Source: Octopus sinensis (lineage: Eukaryota). From it: a DNA stretch of 64,000 bases. Both the position numbers and the translations under genes were made by a program. Where the stretch lies: the NCBI RefSeq assembly GCF_006345805.1, contig NC_043012.1, forward strand, positions 37,634,001-37,698,000, read 5' to 3'. The notes under the pieces are model-generated. The model ran no database searches. It was not told the DNA's origin and worked only from the letters and a program-made list of their open reading frames with translations. Positions 11,552 through 23,903 of this stretch are shown piece after piece; within the stretch, counting starts at the first letter, position 1, and every line of letters begins with the position of its first letter.

Positions 11552-13786
11552 AGATGGATAAATGGATGGGTAGATGGATACATAGATGGGTAGATGGATA
11601 AAAAGATGGGTAGATAGATAAATGGATGGGTAGTTGGATAAATAGAAGGGTAGATGGATAAATGGATGGGTAGATGGATAAATGGATGAGTAGAGGGATA
11701 AATGGATGGGTAGATGGATAAATGGATGGGTAGATGGATAAATGGATGGGTAGATGGACAAATGGATGGGTAGATGGATAAATGGATGGGTAGAAGGATA
11801 AATGGATGGGTAGATGGATAAATGGATGGGTAGAAGGATAAATGGATGGGTAGATGGATAAATGGATGGGTAGAAGGATAAATGGATGGGTAGATGGATA
11901 AATGGATGGGTAGATGGATAAATGGATGGGTAGATGGATAAATGGATGGATAAATGGATGGGTAGATGGATAAATGGATGGGTAGATGGATAAATGGATG
12001 GGTAGAAGGATAAATGGATGGGTAGATGGACAAATAGATGGGTAGATGGACAAATAGATGGGTAGATGGACAAATGGATGGGTAGATGGATAAATGGATG
12101 GGTAGAGGATAAATGGATGGGTAGAGGATAAATGGATGGGTTAGAAGGATAAATGGATGGGTAGAGGATAAATGGATGGGTAAATGGATAAATGGATGGA
12201 TAAATGGATGGGTAGAGGATAAAGGATGGGTAGATGGATAAATGGATGGGTAGATGGATAAATCGAGGGTCGATGGATGGGTAGAAGGATAATTGGAGGG
12301 TAGATGGATAAATGGATGGGTAGAAGGATAAATGGATGGGTACAAGGATAATTGGATGGGTAGAAGGATGTAAATGGATGGGAGAGAATAAATGATGGGT
12401 AGATGGATAAATGGATGGGTAGATGATAAATGGATGGGTAGAAGGATTAATGGATGGGTAGATGGATAAATTAAATGATGGGTAGATGGATAAATGGATG
12501 GGTAGATGGATAAATGGATGGGTAGAAGGATAAATGGATGGGTAGCGGATAAATGGATGGATAAATGGATGGATAAATGGATGGATAGATGGATGGGTAG
12601 ATGGATAAATGGATGGGTAGATGGATAAATAGAAAGGTAGATGGATAAATGGATGGATAGATGGATGGGTAGATGGATAAATGGATGGGTAGATGGATAA
12701 ATGGATTGGTAAATGGATAAATGGATGGGTAGATGGATAAATGGATGGGTAGATGGATAAATAGAAAGGTAGATGGATAAATGGATGGATAGATGGATGG
12801 GTAGATGGATAAATGGATGGGTAGATGGATAAATGGATGGGTAGATGGATAAATAGAAAGGTAGATGGATAAATGGATGGATAGATGGATGGGTAGATGG
12901 ATAAATGGATGGGTAGATGGATAAATGGATGGGTAGATGGATAAATGGATGGGTAGAAGGATAAATGGATGGGTAGATGGATAAATGGATGGGTAGATGG
13001 ATAAATGGATGGGTAGATGGATAAATGGATGGGTAGATGGATAAATGGATGGGTAGAAGGATAAATGGATGGGTAGATGGATAAATGGATGGGTAGATGG
13101 ATAAATGGATGGATAAATGGATGGGTAGATGGATAAATGGATGGATAAATGGATGGGTAGATGGATAAATGGATGGGTAGATGGATAAATGGATGGGTAG
13201 AAGGATAATTGGATGGGTAGATGGATAAATGGATGGGTAGATGGATAAATTGATGGGTAGATGGATAAATGGATGGGTAGATGGATAAATGGATGGGTAG
13301 ATGGATAAATGGATGGGTAGAAGGATAATTGGATGGGTAGATGGAGAAATGGATGGGTAGATGGGTAGATGGATAAATGGATGGGTAGATGGATAAATGG
13401 ATGGGTAGATGGATAAATGGATGGAGAAATGGATGGGTAGATGGATAAATGGATGGGTAGATGGATAAATGGATGGATAAATGGATGGGTAGATGGATAA
13501 ATGGATGGGTAGATGGATAAATGGATGGGTAGATGGATAAATGGATGGATAAATAGATGGGTAGATGGATAAATGGATGGGTAGATGGATAAATGGATGG
13601 GTAGATAGATAAATGGATGGGTAGATGGATAAATGGATGGGTAGATGGAGAAATGGATGGGTAGATGGATAAATGGATGGGTAGATGGATAAATGGATGG
13701 GTAGATGGATAAATGGATGGGTAGATGGATAAATGGATGGATAAATGGATGGATAAATGGATGGGTAGATGGATAAATGGATGGGT
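11552..13786. repeat. 20-bp satellite array A (AATGGATGGGTAGATGGATA)n
   Basis: About 110 units; variant units (tagaagga, aaatagaaagg) recur. Confidence 0.98.
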
Positions 13787-13979
13787 ATAGATAGAAATAG
13801 AAAGGTATTTATATACACACATGCACGTGCATTTGTGTGACTGTGTATATACATACACATATGGCATAAATTTGTGTGTTGTGGGTGTGTACATTTATGC
13901 GCGCACATATGCATATATACACACCCATCTCTTTCTCTTTTTTTTCATCAAATCAGGACAATGGTCATTTCAGCCTCAC

Positions 13980-14017
13980 CTCGTTATATTGGCTTGAAGT
14001 GGTCACTGTGCCAATTT
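13980..14017 (-). CDS. Exon copy A, 38 nt, phase 1-0: (E)IGTVTTSSQYNE
   Basis: Acceptor cactttatattcag|, donor GAG|gtgagg; identical to 15479-15516. Confidence 0.5.
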
Positions 14018-14150
14018 CTGAATATAAAGTGATATGTAACTTTACACTTGAATCCTGTATTGAGTACTACAACTGAGAGGCGGGCACTTTGACTGAATCA
14101 ATGTCAATGGAGATAATACACAAAAATATACACACAGATATATAAATATA

Positions 14151-15286
14151 AATGGATGGGTAGAAGGATAAATGGATGGGTAGATGGATAAATGGATGGG
14201 TAGATGGATAAATGGATGGGTAGATGGATAAATGGATGGATAAATGGATGGGTAGATGGATAAATGGATGGGTAGATGGATAAATGGATGGATAAATGGA
14301 TGGGTAGAAGGATAATTGGATGGGTAGATGGATAAATGGATGGGTAGAAGGATAAATGGATGGGTAGATGGATAAATGGATGGGTAGATGGATAAATGGA
14401 TGGGTAGAAGGATAAATGGATGGGTAGATGGATAAATGGATGGGTAGATGGATAAATGGATGGGTAGATGGATAAATGGATGGGTAGAAGGATAAATGGA
14501 TGGGTAGATGGATAAATGGATGGGTAGATGGATAAATGGATGGGTAGATGGATAAATGGATGGATAAATGGATGGGTAGATGGATAAATGGATGGATAAA
14601 TGGATGGGTAGATGGATAAATGGATGGGTAGATGGATAAATGGATGGGTAGAAGGATAATTGGATGGGTAGATGGATAAATGGATGGGTAGATGGATAAA
14701 TTGATGGGTAGAAGGATAATTGGATGGGTAGATGGAGAAATGGATGGGTAGATGGATGGGTAGATGGGTAGATGGATAAATGGATGGGTAGATGGATAAT
14801 GGATGGGTAGATGGATAAATGGATGGAGAATGGGGGGTGGTTAGATGGATAAATGGATGGGTAGATGGATAAATGGATGGATAAATGGATGGGTAGATGG
14901 ATAAATGGATGGGTAGATGGATGGGTAGATGGATAAATGGATGGGTAGATGGATAAATGGATGGATAAATGGATGGGTAGATGGATAAATGGATGGGTAG
15001 ATGGATGGGTAGATGGATAAATGGATGGGTAGATGGATAAATGGATGGATAAATAGATGGGTAGATGGATAAATGGATGGGTAGATGGATAAATGGATGG
15101 GTAGATAGATAAATGGATGGGTAGATGGATAAATGGATGGGTAGATGGATAAATGGATGGGTAGATGGATAAATGGATGGGTAGATGGATAAATGGATGG
15201 GTAGATGGATAAATGGATGGATAAATGGATGGATAAATGGATGGGTAGATGGATAAATGGATGGGTAGATGGATAAATGGATGGGT
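14151..15286. repeat. 20-bp satellite array B, part of a ~1.5 kb tandem duplication
   Basis: Same unit as array A; the unique flank 13787-14150 recurs near-identically at 15287-15648. Confidence 0.98.
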
Positions 15287-15478
15287 ATAGATAGAAATAG
15301 AAAGGTATTTATATACACACATGCACGTGCATTTGTGTGACTGTGTATACATACACATATGGCATAAATTTGTGTGTGTGTGTGTGTGTACATTTATGCG
15401 CGCACATATGCATATATACACACCCATCTCTTTCTCTTTTTTTTCATCAAATCAGGACAATGGTCATTTCAGCCTCAC

Positions 15479-15516
15479 CTCGTTATATTGGCTTGAAGTG
15501 GTCACTGTGCCAATTT
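15479..15516 (-). CDS. Exon copy B, 38 nt, phase 1-0: (E)IGTVTTSSQYNE
   Basis: Same splice signals as copy A; joins the exon at 18353-18515 (G|AA = Glu) to the exon at 11357-11406. Confidence 0.6.
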
Positions 15517-15743
15517 CTGAATATAAAGTGATATGTAACTTTACACTTGAATCCTGTATTGAGTACTACAACTGAGAGGCGGGCACTTTGACTGAATCAA
15601 TGTCAATGGAGATAATACACAAAAATATACACACAGATATATAAATATATACACATATTTATGTGCATGTATGTATATATACACACACACACACACACAT
15701 ATATAAATATATACATATATTGTGAGCATGTGTGTATGTATAT

Positions 15744-15789
<46 letters not shown>

Positions 15790-16098
15790 ATATATATACA
15801 GAAAAGAGGAAAAAATCTATCAGAAAGGAACTCTAATCTTTTGATAAGCATAACAAATGCGCAACCGGTAAAAAGAACTTTCACCTAATTAAATTACTTA
15901 AATTACTTACATTATTTTGTCAGCATTTTCTTCATTTCCTTTTTTATATATATATATATATATATACACATACACACACACACACATATATATACATACA
16001 TTTAAATACAGATATCCTGCAGTCCCAGTCAACCTGATCTACACAATAAACTTGAGTCAGTGCTTCAGAATATTAACTCATTTTCAATATATATATAT

Positions 16099-16841
16099 AC
16101 TAGCTTAAGGTGACCCGCTCTACGCGCGGGTGAGGGTGTGGGTGTGGTTGTTACTGTTGTTTCCTTTCTGTTTCTTATTGCCACATTCTCCCTCTTTGTT
16201 TCTCTATCCTTTCTCATTTTCCCACTCTCATACTCTTCCTTTCTCTCAGACTTTCCCTCACTTTCTCTTACTCTTTACCTTTCTCTATCTCTCTGCCATT
16301 TATAAAAAAAAAATTAGATTTCCATGTTTAAATTACAAATCCGCTTCCACTTTACCATGTTGAAAATTTGATTGAAATCGGGCAAAAGGTGTCCGATCTA
16401 GACCACCAAGTGTCCCCCAAAATCAATAAAATCCCAGTTTTCACACCAAAGCAACCACTGTAGCGCCACAAAACATCTCCCAATCAATTTCCCCACTCAA
16501 GTTACCCCTCCTGTAAATTTTAATCCACTTCCGGCCCCATTTATACCCCTTTTTACATAAAAATCCAATTTGTGTCTACGTTTGCCTTCTTCATTTTATA
16601 GATAGCATTAGATGCTAATCGCGCCAATCTGGAGGGGCTTAGAGCCCCTTTGAATCTCCTCACCATAGCAACCACATCTTTCCAGATGGCGAGTTTAAAC
16701 CTACTCAACTCTCTGCCTCATCACGCCTTCTATGCCTGTGTCAATTTTCAGCTCGATCTGACCACTGGTGTGGCTGCCAACCTCTGACGTAGCAAAATGT
16801 GCACACAATTTTGACCCGAAGTCTCTTTTATATATATAGAT
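16099..16841 (+). mobile_element. Non-autonomous Helitron-like (DINE/Lep1-type) element
   Basis: Starts actagc...acccgctctacgcgcggg, has an internal CT-rich tract, ends cttttatatatatagat. Confidence 0.55.
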
Positions 16842-16844
16842 AGT

Positions 16845-17350
16845 AGAGAAACCCGGTCTTGCTTGGGATTAAAATAGTCTATCATTGTTTTATTTGTTTT
16901 GGTATTATAACTCGATTTCATTCGGGTCTACGCGGGCCACACTTTAAAGATGAGGAATTTTGCCTAGAGGCCACACCTTTCAATTGACTAAACTCGCCAG
17001 GACTTTTAACATAGGTGTGCAAATTTTCAACTGAATCCTACCATATTTACTAACACTTTTGCCTGTATAACTGCTTGTGAGACAACGTCTGCCCTTTTCA
17101 CAAATATGTAGTAGACCTACAGAGATACCTGACCTTACTTGGGATTAAAATGGCATAGTTTTTCATTGTTTTACTTGTTTGGTTAATATAAGCCGATTTC
17201 ATTTGGGTGTAATCGGGCCACATTTTAAAAGATGAGGAATTTTATCCTAGAGGTCATGCCTTTCATTTGAGGAAAAAATAGTTGCCATGCAAACTCGCCA
17301 CCACTTATAACATAGGTGTGCATATTTTCAGCTCAACCGACCACATAATG

Positions 17351-17405
<55 letters not shown>

Positions 17406-17970
17406 GTACATATATACACATATATGTGTGTGTGTACACATTATATATACAAATGAGATATATATATATATATAAATAAATAAATACATATATATACACT
17501 TTGTATATATACATTATATATACATATTTATTTATAGATACAGAGACACACACACATATATAAATTAACCCAATAAATATTGTATTCATAATATTTGTTC
17601 TCATGATTGTGTGGTGGTGGTGGCGATAATAAAGCTCTCTATGAATGCAGACAGACGTAGAGAGAAAGAGAGAGGGGGGAGGCGGTGAAAGAAAGAGTGA
17701 CTGCGCTGGCGAAGGCAGCGGGGGGGAAAGATAGAGAGGGAGGAAGAAAGGCAGATAAGAGAATGAGAGAAGACTTGTCAAAGTGTGCGTTTTTGCCCTA
17801 GTAACCACAGCTTTTGGGATAGGTATTTCTAACCTAGCCCACTCACATCCTCGCCTCTTTTTACATGTCCCTGTGAATTTTGGAGCAAATCCGACGGGAT
17901 CTAGTGCTCTTTAACCCGTTCCAATGCCAAAACCAGACAAACAAACTTTTCGCATTTCAGATTTATAGAT
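16845..17970 (+). mobile_element. Two diverged tandem Helitron-like elements
   Basis: 5' block ...cttgggattaaaat...aacataggtgtgc repeated at ~16850 and ~17125; 3' end acaaacttttcgcatt...tttatagat. Confidence 0.5.
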
Positions 17971-17974
17971 ATTT

Positions 17975-18186
17975 GTTTCTTTATTACCCACAAGGGGCTA
18001 AACATAGAGGGGACAAACAAGGACACACACGGATTACGTCAACTCCCAGTGCGTAACTGGTACTTAATTTATCGACCCCGAAAGGATGAAAGGCAAAGTT
18101 GACCTCAGCGGAATTTGAACTCAGAACGTAACGGCAGACGAAATACAGCTACACATTTCGCCCGCCGTGCTAATGTTTCTGCCAGA
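17975..18186 (-). mobile_element. SINE family C
   Basis: Reverse complement of the element at 30205-30435. Confidence 0.85.
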
Positions 18187-18302
18187 TATATATATATACA
18201 CACACGCACACACACACACACACACACACCATATGTACAACACATGTCTGCATGCAAACACACACACGCATACATATCAATAACATGATACACATAACTA
18301 GT

Positions 18303-18344
<42 letters not shown>

Positions 18345-18352
18345 ACCCTCAC

Positions 18353-18515
18353 CCACATGTTTGACCGATGCCTGACCTGTTGAATTCTTCAGCCACCGGT
18401 TCTCAACATACACTGATAAACAGTTTCGCCATGGGCTCTTAGGAGCACAGTTCGATTTGTTTTTGCTCTGCCTCTGTTCTGTTTTTGTTTTTCCAACGGA
18501 TTTCCTTTTTTCTTC
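18353..18515 (-). CDS. Exon, 163 nt, phase 0-1: EEKRKSVGK...SPWRNCLSVYVENRWLKNSTGQASVKHV
   Basis: Acceptor tgtgtctttctcttcag|, donor TGG|gtgagg; inside ORF 18105..18551. An internal acceptor (gtttatcag|) would give a 60-nt alternative. Confidence 0.6.
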
Positions 18516-18650
18516 CTGAAGAGAAAGACACAATATGGTCCCATTATTCAATCGGATTTTGGTAATTGTGCCTTTCGAAACACGTGTAGAATGAAATAAA
18601 ACGATTTCTGTTCAATCTGCGTTCAGCTCCATTTCTTCAATTCACCAATA

Positions 18651-18696
<46 letters not shown>

Positions 18697-19551
18697 GCTT
18701 CAAGATCAATAAGAGGTGAAAGAATAGTTGTATGATTACACACGCACACACACACACGCTCAGTGTCTACATACAGACTCTCTACACAGATGTGCACTGC
18801 TGATCTAAGCTGCGGAAAGCAATGCCTACTCAGTAAATAAAGACAAGTTTAGTGAAAAACATCTTTCATAAAGAATAAAAGGCTTCAAGTGTCAATGATA
18901 GCAGTTGTTTAGTAGACAAAAGTCAGTGGAGGGAGGGAGAGAGAGAGAAGAAAAGAGTGTGGGGGTGTATAGATAATGTGAAGAGGAGGAGGAGGAGGGT
19001 GAACAATTGGCTCCTCCCACTACCTTGCCCTCATTTCTGCCCTGTCCACCACTTGAGATGGTGGTGGTGGTAGTGGTGTTGAACTTGACAAAAAATTCAG
19101 ATTTTTTTCTTCGTTCTTTCTCAACTGTTAGCCAGGGCCAATGGACCCAGGTAAAGTAACCAGCTGGTAGATAAGTTTAATAGATTATATAACGAGAACG
19201 ATGCAGTGTATGACATGGGTACTGGCCTCGTTGCAATGACTGGACGCCATGTCATACAGAAAAATTATCAACATCAACATCATCATTTAACGTCCATTTT
19301 CTATGTTGATATAGATTAGATGGTTTGACTGGGGCCCGGTAGAGCTACAGAGCTGCACTGGACTCTGGTCATCTGTTTTAGCTTAGTTTCTACAGCTAGA
19401 TGCCATTCCAAATGCCAACCACTTTACAGAGTGTACTGAAAGTCTTTTACGTGTCACCGGCACAGGTGCCCTTTAATGTGACACCAGCACAAGTGCTATA
19501 TGTGTGTCACCAGTATGGGTATCTTTCACAAGTGACCAGCATTGGTGCCCA

Positions 19552-19590
<39 letters not shown>

Positions 19591-20071
19591 CCTTTCTACT
19601 ATAGGCTCAAGGCCTGAAATATTGGGGAAGTGGGTAAGACGAACACATCAACCCCAGTACTCAACTGGTACTTATTTTATCGACCCTGAAAGGATGAAAA
19701 GCCAAGTCAACCTTGGCAAAGTTTGAACTCAGCTCACAAAGACGGACAAAATGCTGTAAAGAGTTTTGTTCAGCATGCTAACCACTGAGCCAGCACACCG
19801 CCTTAAATATAGTTTGTGGTACATATATATGTGTGTGTGTGTGTGTGTGTGTATTCTTTTATTCATTTACTTGTTTGAGTCATTTAACTGCAGCCATGCT
19901 GCAGCACCACCTTTAGTCGAACAAATCAACCCCAAGACTCAATCTTTGTAAGCCTAGTACTTATTCAATCAGTCTCTTTTGTCGAACTGCTAAGTTACAG
20001 GGATGTAAACACACCAACATCAATTTTCAAGCGATGGTGGGAGGACAAACACAGACACACAAATAAATATG

Positions 20072-20110
<39 letters not shown>

Positions 20111-20148
20111 GAAAGAAGGTTTGAAAATGCAATTTAAAAGATGTTTAT

Positions 20149-20193
20149 TTACTTTACCGGTTTCACTCTTTGGAAAAAGATTGTCAAAAGTAA
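20149..20193 (-). ncRNA. Minimal type I hammerhead ribozyme (left arm)
   Basis: Reverse complement of 20448-20492. Confidence 0.75.
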
Positions 20194-20447
20194 CATGTGG
20201 AAGTTTGGTTGCGTTAATTATTGGTTGTCACAAAATGCTACATTACATATATACAGTCTTTGGTAAGAAGAACATGGACATAAAAAAAAGTTTACATTCT
20301 TTGGTGTTCTTTTATGTTCTTAACATGCTCTAGTCACCAAAGAATGTAAACTTTTTTTTATGTCCATGTTCTTCTTACCAAAGACTGTATATATGTAATG
20401 TAGCATTTTGTGACAACCAATAATTAACGCAACCAAACTTCCACATG

Positions 20448-20492
20448 TTACTTTTGACAATCTTTTTCCAAAGAGTGAAACCGGTAAAGTAA
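20448..20492 (+). ncRNA. Minimal type I hammerhead ribozyme, U3-A8 core, Penelope-type
   Basis: Stem I TTACTT/AAGTAA; core TTGACAA; stem II T-CTTTT-TCCA-AAGAG-T; GAAA; palindromic stem III ACCGGT; cleavage triplet GUA at 20484-20486. Confidence 0.75.
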
Positions 20493-20530
20493 ATAAACAT
20501 CTTTTAAATTGCATTTTCAAACCTTCTTTC

Positions 20531-20570
<40 letters not shown>

Positions 20571-21419
20571 GAACATATGCATATATATAAACATGTACGT
20601 ACCTACCTCTACATGTACATATACACGCATATATGTGTACAGGACACCAAAGGGACGTCGAACACAAAGAGAAACGAAAACATAGACACAAACCAAAGGA
20701 ACAGGACATTTTTTTAAAAACAACAAAAAATGGAGTACAGGACAGTTAACACAATGGCTTCTTTCAGTTTCCATCTACCAAATTCACTCACAAGGCTTTG
20801 GTCGGCCCGAGGCTACAGTAGAAGACACTTGCCCAAGGTGCAACACAGCAGGACTGAACCCAGAACCATGTGGTTGGGAAGCAAGCTTCTAACCACACAG
20901 CCACACCGGCACCTGTGTATGTGTGTGTGTGTGTGTGTATATAGTTGTTTACAGTTACAATAGCTGTTGTTTAACCCTGGGTCAGTCTTTATTGAGCAGA
21001 CCTACTGATCTGTTACATCTAACAGGCCAAGCGGCTACAAAGGGTCCTATTACAAAAGCTTAAGTCTGAAAGCGGAGACAGTGAAAAAGTTCAAGTCAGG
21101 ACAGTTATATTTGTGGCAGTGTTACAAGACTGAGTAAAGAGAACAACAGGAGTTTGTCTTCCTTCGAAATACACGAAAGGAAATACTTAGGCAGGAATCT
21201 TCTGCAACAAACTTCACAAATGAAGATGTACAATAAAGAGAGAACGAAAGACAGAAAAAGAAAAGCAACAGTGCTTAACACTACAAATATCTGACATTTA
21301 GGGCTTTATCTAAATACATGACAACGGAGCCTCTATGGAGTCAGTGAACCTGATGGAAAAAGCAGTCAAATCTCCCTTAACCCTCTCATTATCATATTTA
21401 TGTTGAAGTAGTCTTATTC

Positions 21420-21830
21420 TTTTACTTGCTTCTGTCATTTGATTTGCAGCCATGCTGGAGCACCACCTTGAAGGGCTTTCATCAAGCAAATCGACCCCAG
21501 GACTTGATTTTTTTTTTTAGAGCCTAGTACTTTTTCTATCGGTCTCTTTTGCTGAACCGCTAAGTTACAGGGACATAAACACACCAACACCACTTGTCAA
21601 GTAATGATGGGGTTGGAGGCAGAAAGACACACACATAGATGTGTGTATGTGTGTGTGTGTGTATATATATAGAACATCGGTCTTTTTTCAGTTTCTGTCT
21701 ACCAAATCCACCCACAAGGTTTTGGTCAGCCCAAGGCTACAGTAGAAGACACTTGCCCAAGACGCCATGCAGTGGGACTGAACCCAGAACCATGTGGTTG
21801 AGAAGTATGCTCCTTACCACACAGCCACAC
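21420..21830 (-). mobile_element. SINE family A
   Basis: Reverse complement of the 23475 copy. Confidence 0.85.
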
Positions 21831-22329
21831 TGTTTCAAATATTTTTTTTTTTTTTTAATGTAAAATTTATTCAAATAACTGTTGTTATAAAACTGGTGTT
21901 TGGAACATAAATTAATCTGAAATTTTAGCATAAGATTTTGACTTCGATCGCTTCAAAACCAGAAATTTGTATCACAGAACCAGGTGCAGCTTTATACAGG
22001 TTGATATCAAAAGGGTTAATCACACACAGCCATCTTAAATATGGAAAGCAAAAGATATTAACTAATGTAGTCTCACATATTCCTTATACGATGAGATGGT
22101 CATAGAAGGAATATTTGCTCAAAATACTACTCAGTCAGGGTTGAGTTAGGGTTAAACAATAACTCCCGTTTATGACCAACCCACATGAGACCACTCCCAC
22201 TGATTCTAGGACACAAACACTCTGTTTTAAAGTAATCTAAATTAAAATCTATCATCAAAATTTCTTGCTAATTTAAGTTTCAAGCACCAGCTTAATAATG
22301 ACAAAATAAATTTATTAAATATTCTCTTT

Positions 22330-22680
22330 AACTCTTTTACTTGCTTCAGTCATTTGACTGCGGCCATGCTGGAGCACCACCTTTAGTCTAGCAAATCGAC
22401 CCCAGGACTTACTTCTTTGTAAGCCTAGTACTTAATTCTATCAGCCTCTTTTGCTGAACTGACCCACAAACATATATACACACACACACACATACATATA
22501 TATAAACGTATATACGACAGTCTTCTTTCAGTTTCCATCTACAAAATCCACTCACAAGGCTTTGGTCGGCCTCGAGGCTATAGTAGAAGACACTTGCCCA
22601 AGGTGCCATGATGTGGGACTGAACCCAGAACCATATGGTTGTTAAGCAAGCTACTTACCACACAGCCACTCCTGTGCCTC
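22330..22680 (-). mobile_element. SINE family A
   Basis: Head, ccttgggcaagtgtctt core and tail on the minus strand. Confidence 0.85.
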
Positions 22681-22832
22681 ATACTTAATTATTTTAAAAA
22701 TTAATGAAACAAAGGGAGTATATAATGAAAGGGTTAACACAAACTACTTTGCCTCTTAATATCAAGAAACCCCATTCCAACTATTTGCTTTTATGATCAT
22801 ATCTCTTTCAGTCAGTAACTAATTTCCATGAC

Positions 22833-22939
22833 CTTATGTGAAGAAAAGCCAAAACAAAACCAAATAAAAGGAGCAAGTTTGGCGAGTGTAACAACCTCTT
22901 CTCTTCTGAGGATCAAATGTTGAGTACTTGAAAATTTAA
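22833..22939 (-). CDS. Exon, 107 nt, phase 1-0: (V)KFSSTQHLILRREEVVTLAKLAPFIWFCFGFSSHK
   Basis: Acceptor tgtcatgtttttcag|; donor AAG|gtcatg is weak; only one frame is open. Confidence 0.55.
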
Positions 22940-22959
22940 CTGAAAAACATGACAATGTT

Positions 22960-22982
22960 TTATTATAAATATGGCCATATAC

Positions 22983-23014
<32 letters not shown>

Positions 23015-23235
23015 TTGTGTGTCTGTGTTTGCCCCCCCCCCCCCCCAACATCGCTTGCCAACTGATGCTGGTGTGTTTACATCCTCATAACTTAGCAGTT
23101 CGGCAAAAGAGACCAATAGAATAAGTACTACGCTCGCAAAAAATAAGTCCTGGGATCAATCTGCTCGACTAAAGATGGTGCTCCAGCATGGCCACAGTCA
23201 AATAACTGAAACAAGTAAAAGAGTAAAGAGTATGG
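22960..23235 (+). mobile_element. SINE family A, 3' half
   Basis: Body and aaagagt tail; head absent. Confidence 0.8.
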
Positions 23236-23301
23236 CTGCATAAAATTTTCTGACTTCCTTAAACAGCCTCTGATTACATGCTTCTTAGCTTCAATCATTA
23301 A

Positions 23302-23903
23302 CCTTTTAGCATTTAAACTGGCCATATCCAACAAATAATATTCTTCCTGTTTTAAGTTCAAACTGGCCAGCTCTGATATCTCACACTTACCCTACAATGT
23401 CATTTTGAACATAAACAATTACATCATCAAAATTTCAAGAAAGCAGGATAAATTGAAAACAATGTGAATAAATAGGAGCAGCTGTGTGGTAAGTAGCTTG
23501 CTTACAAACCACATGGTTCCGGGTTCAGTCCCACTGCATGGCACCTTGGGCAAGTGTCTTCTACTATAGCCTTGGGCCAACCAAAGCCTTGTGAGTGGAT
23601 TTGGTAGATGGAAACTGAAAGAAGCCCGTCGTATATATGTATCTGTGAGTATATGTTTTTGTGTCTGTGTTTGTCCCCACAACATCGCTTGACAACCGAT
23701 GCTGGTGTGTTTACATACCCATAACTTAGCGGTTCAGCAAAAGAGACCGATAGAATAAGTACTAGGTTTACAAAGAATAAGTCCTGGGATCGATTTGCTT
23801 GACTAAAAGCAGTGCTCCAGTCAAAAGACTGAAACAAGTAAAAGAGTAAGAGTAAAGAGTAAATAAACATTACAACTGACAGAATAATCTGAATACTAAA
23901 AGG
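23302..23903. mobile_element. piggyBac-like MITE with a nested SINE A
   Basis: TTAA|CCTTTTAGCATT ... AATACTAAAAGG|TCAA; related pieces at ~28935-29125 and ~50930-51082. Confidence 0.7.
23475..23866 (+). mobile_element. SINE family A, full length
   Basis: A-box-like gctgtgtggtaag, B-box-like ggttcagtccc, CORE-like ccttgggcaagtgtctt, internal microsatellite, (aagagt)n tail. Confidence 0.9.

Larger units (their letters stand above)
20110..20531. repeat. Perfect inverted duplication: 197-bp arms, 28-bp spacer
   Basis: 20110-20306 is the exact reverse complement of 20335-20531; both arms abut (TA)n. Confidence 0.98.
20081..20750. mobile_element. Penelope-like element fragment (pLTR-type) inserted in a microsatellite
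   Basis: Minimal hammerheads, inverted truncated arrangement and (TA)n target; no RT or GIY-YIG sequence is visible, so the assignment is inferred. Confidence 0.55.
19855..20915 (-). mobile_element. SINE family A split by an insertion in its internal (TA)n tract
   Basis: 3' half at 19855-20075 and 5' half at 20750-20915 flank the palindromic insert. Confidence 0.8.

Noticed and set aside
11552-15286. CRISPR-like array (also 38710-39035)
   Set aside because: The units are contiguous with no unique spacers, there are no cas genes, and the context is eukaryotic.
11483-15427. Long ORFs of 803, 799, 461 and 429 aa ([11 protein letters not shown] repeats)
   Set aside because: The minus strand of the 20-bp satellite has no stop codon in any frame; artefact.
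23475-23550. tRNA genes at SINE heads
   Set aside because: A/B boxes only; no full cloverleaf, and each runs into a SINE body.
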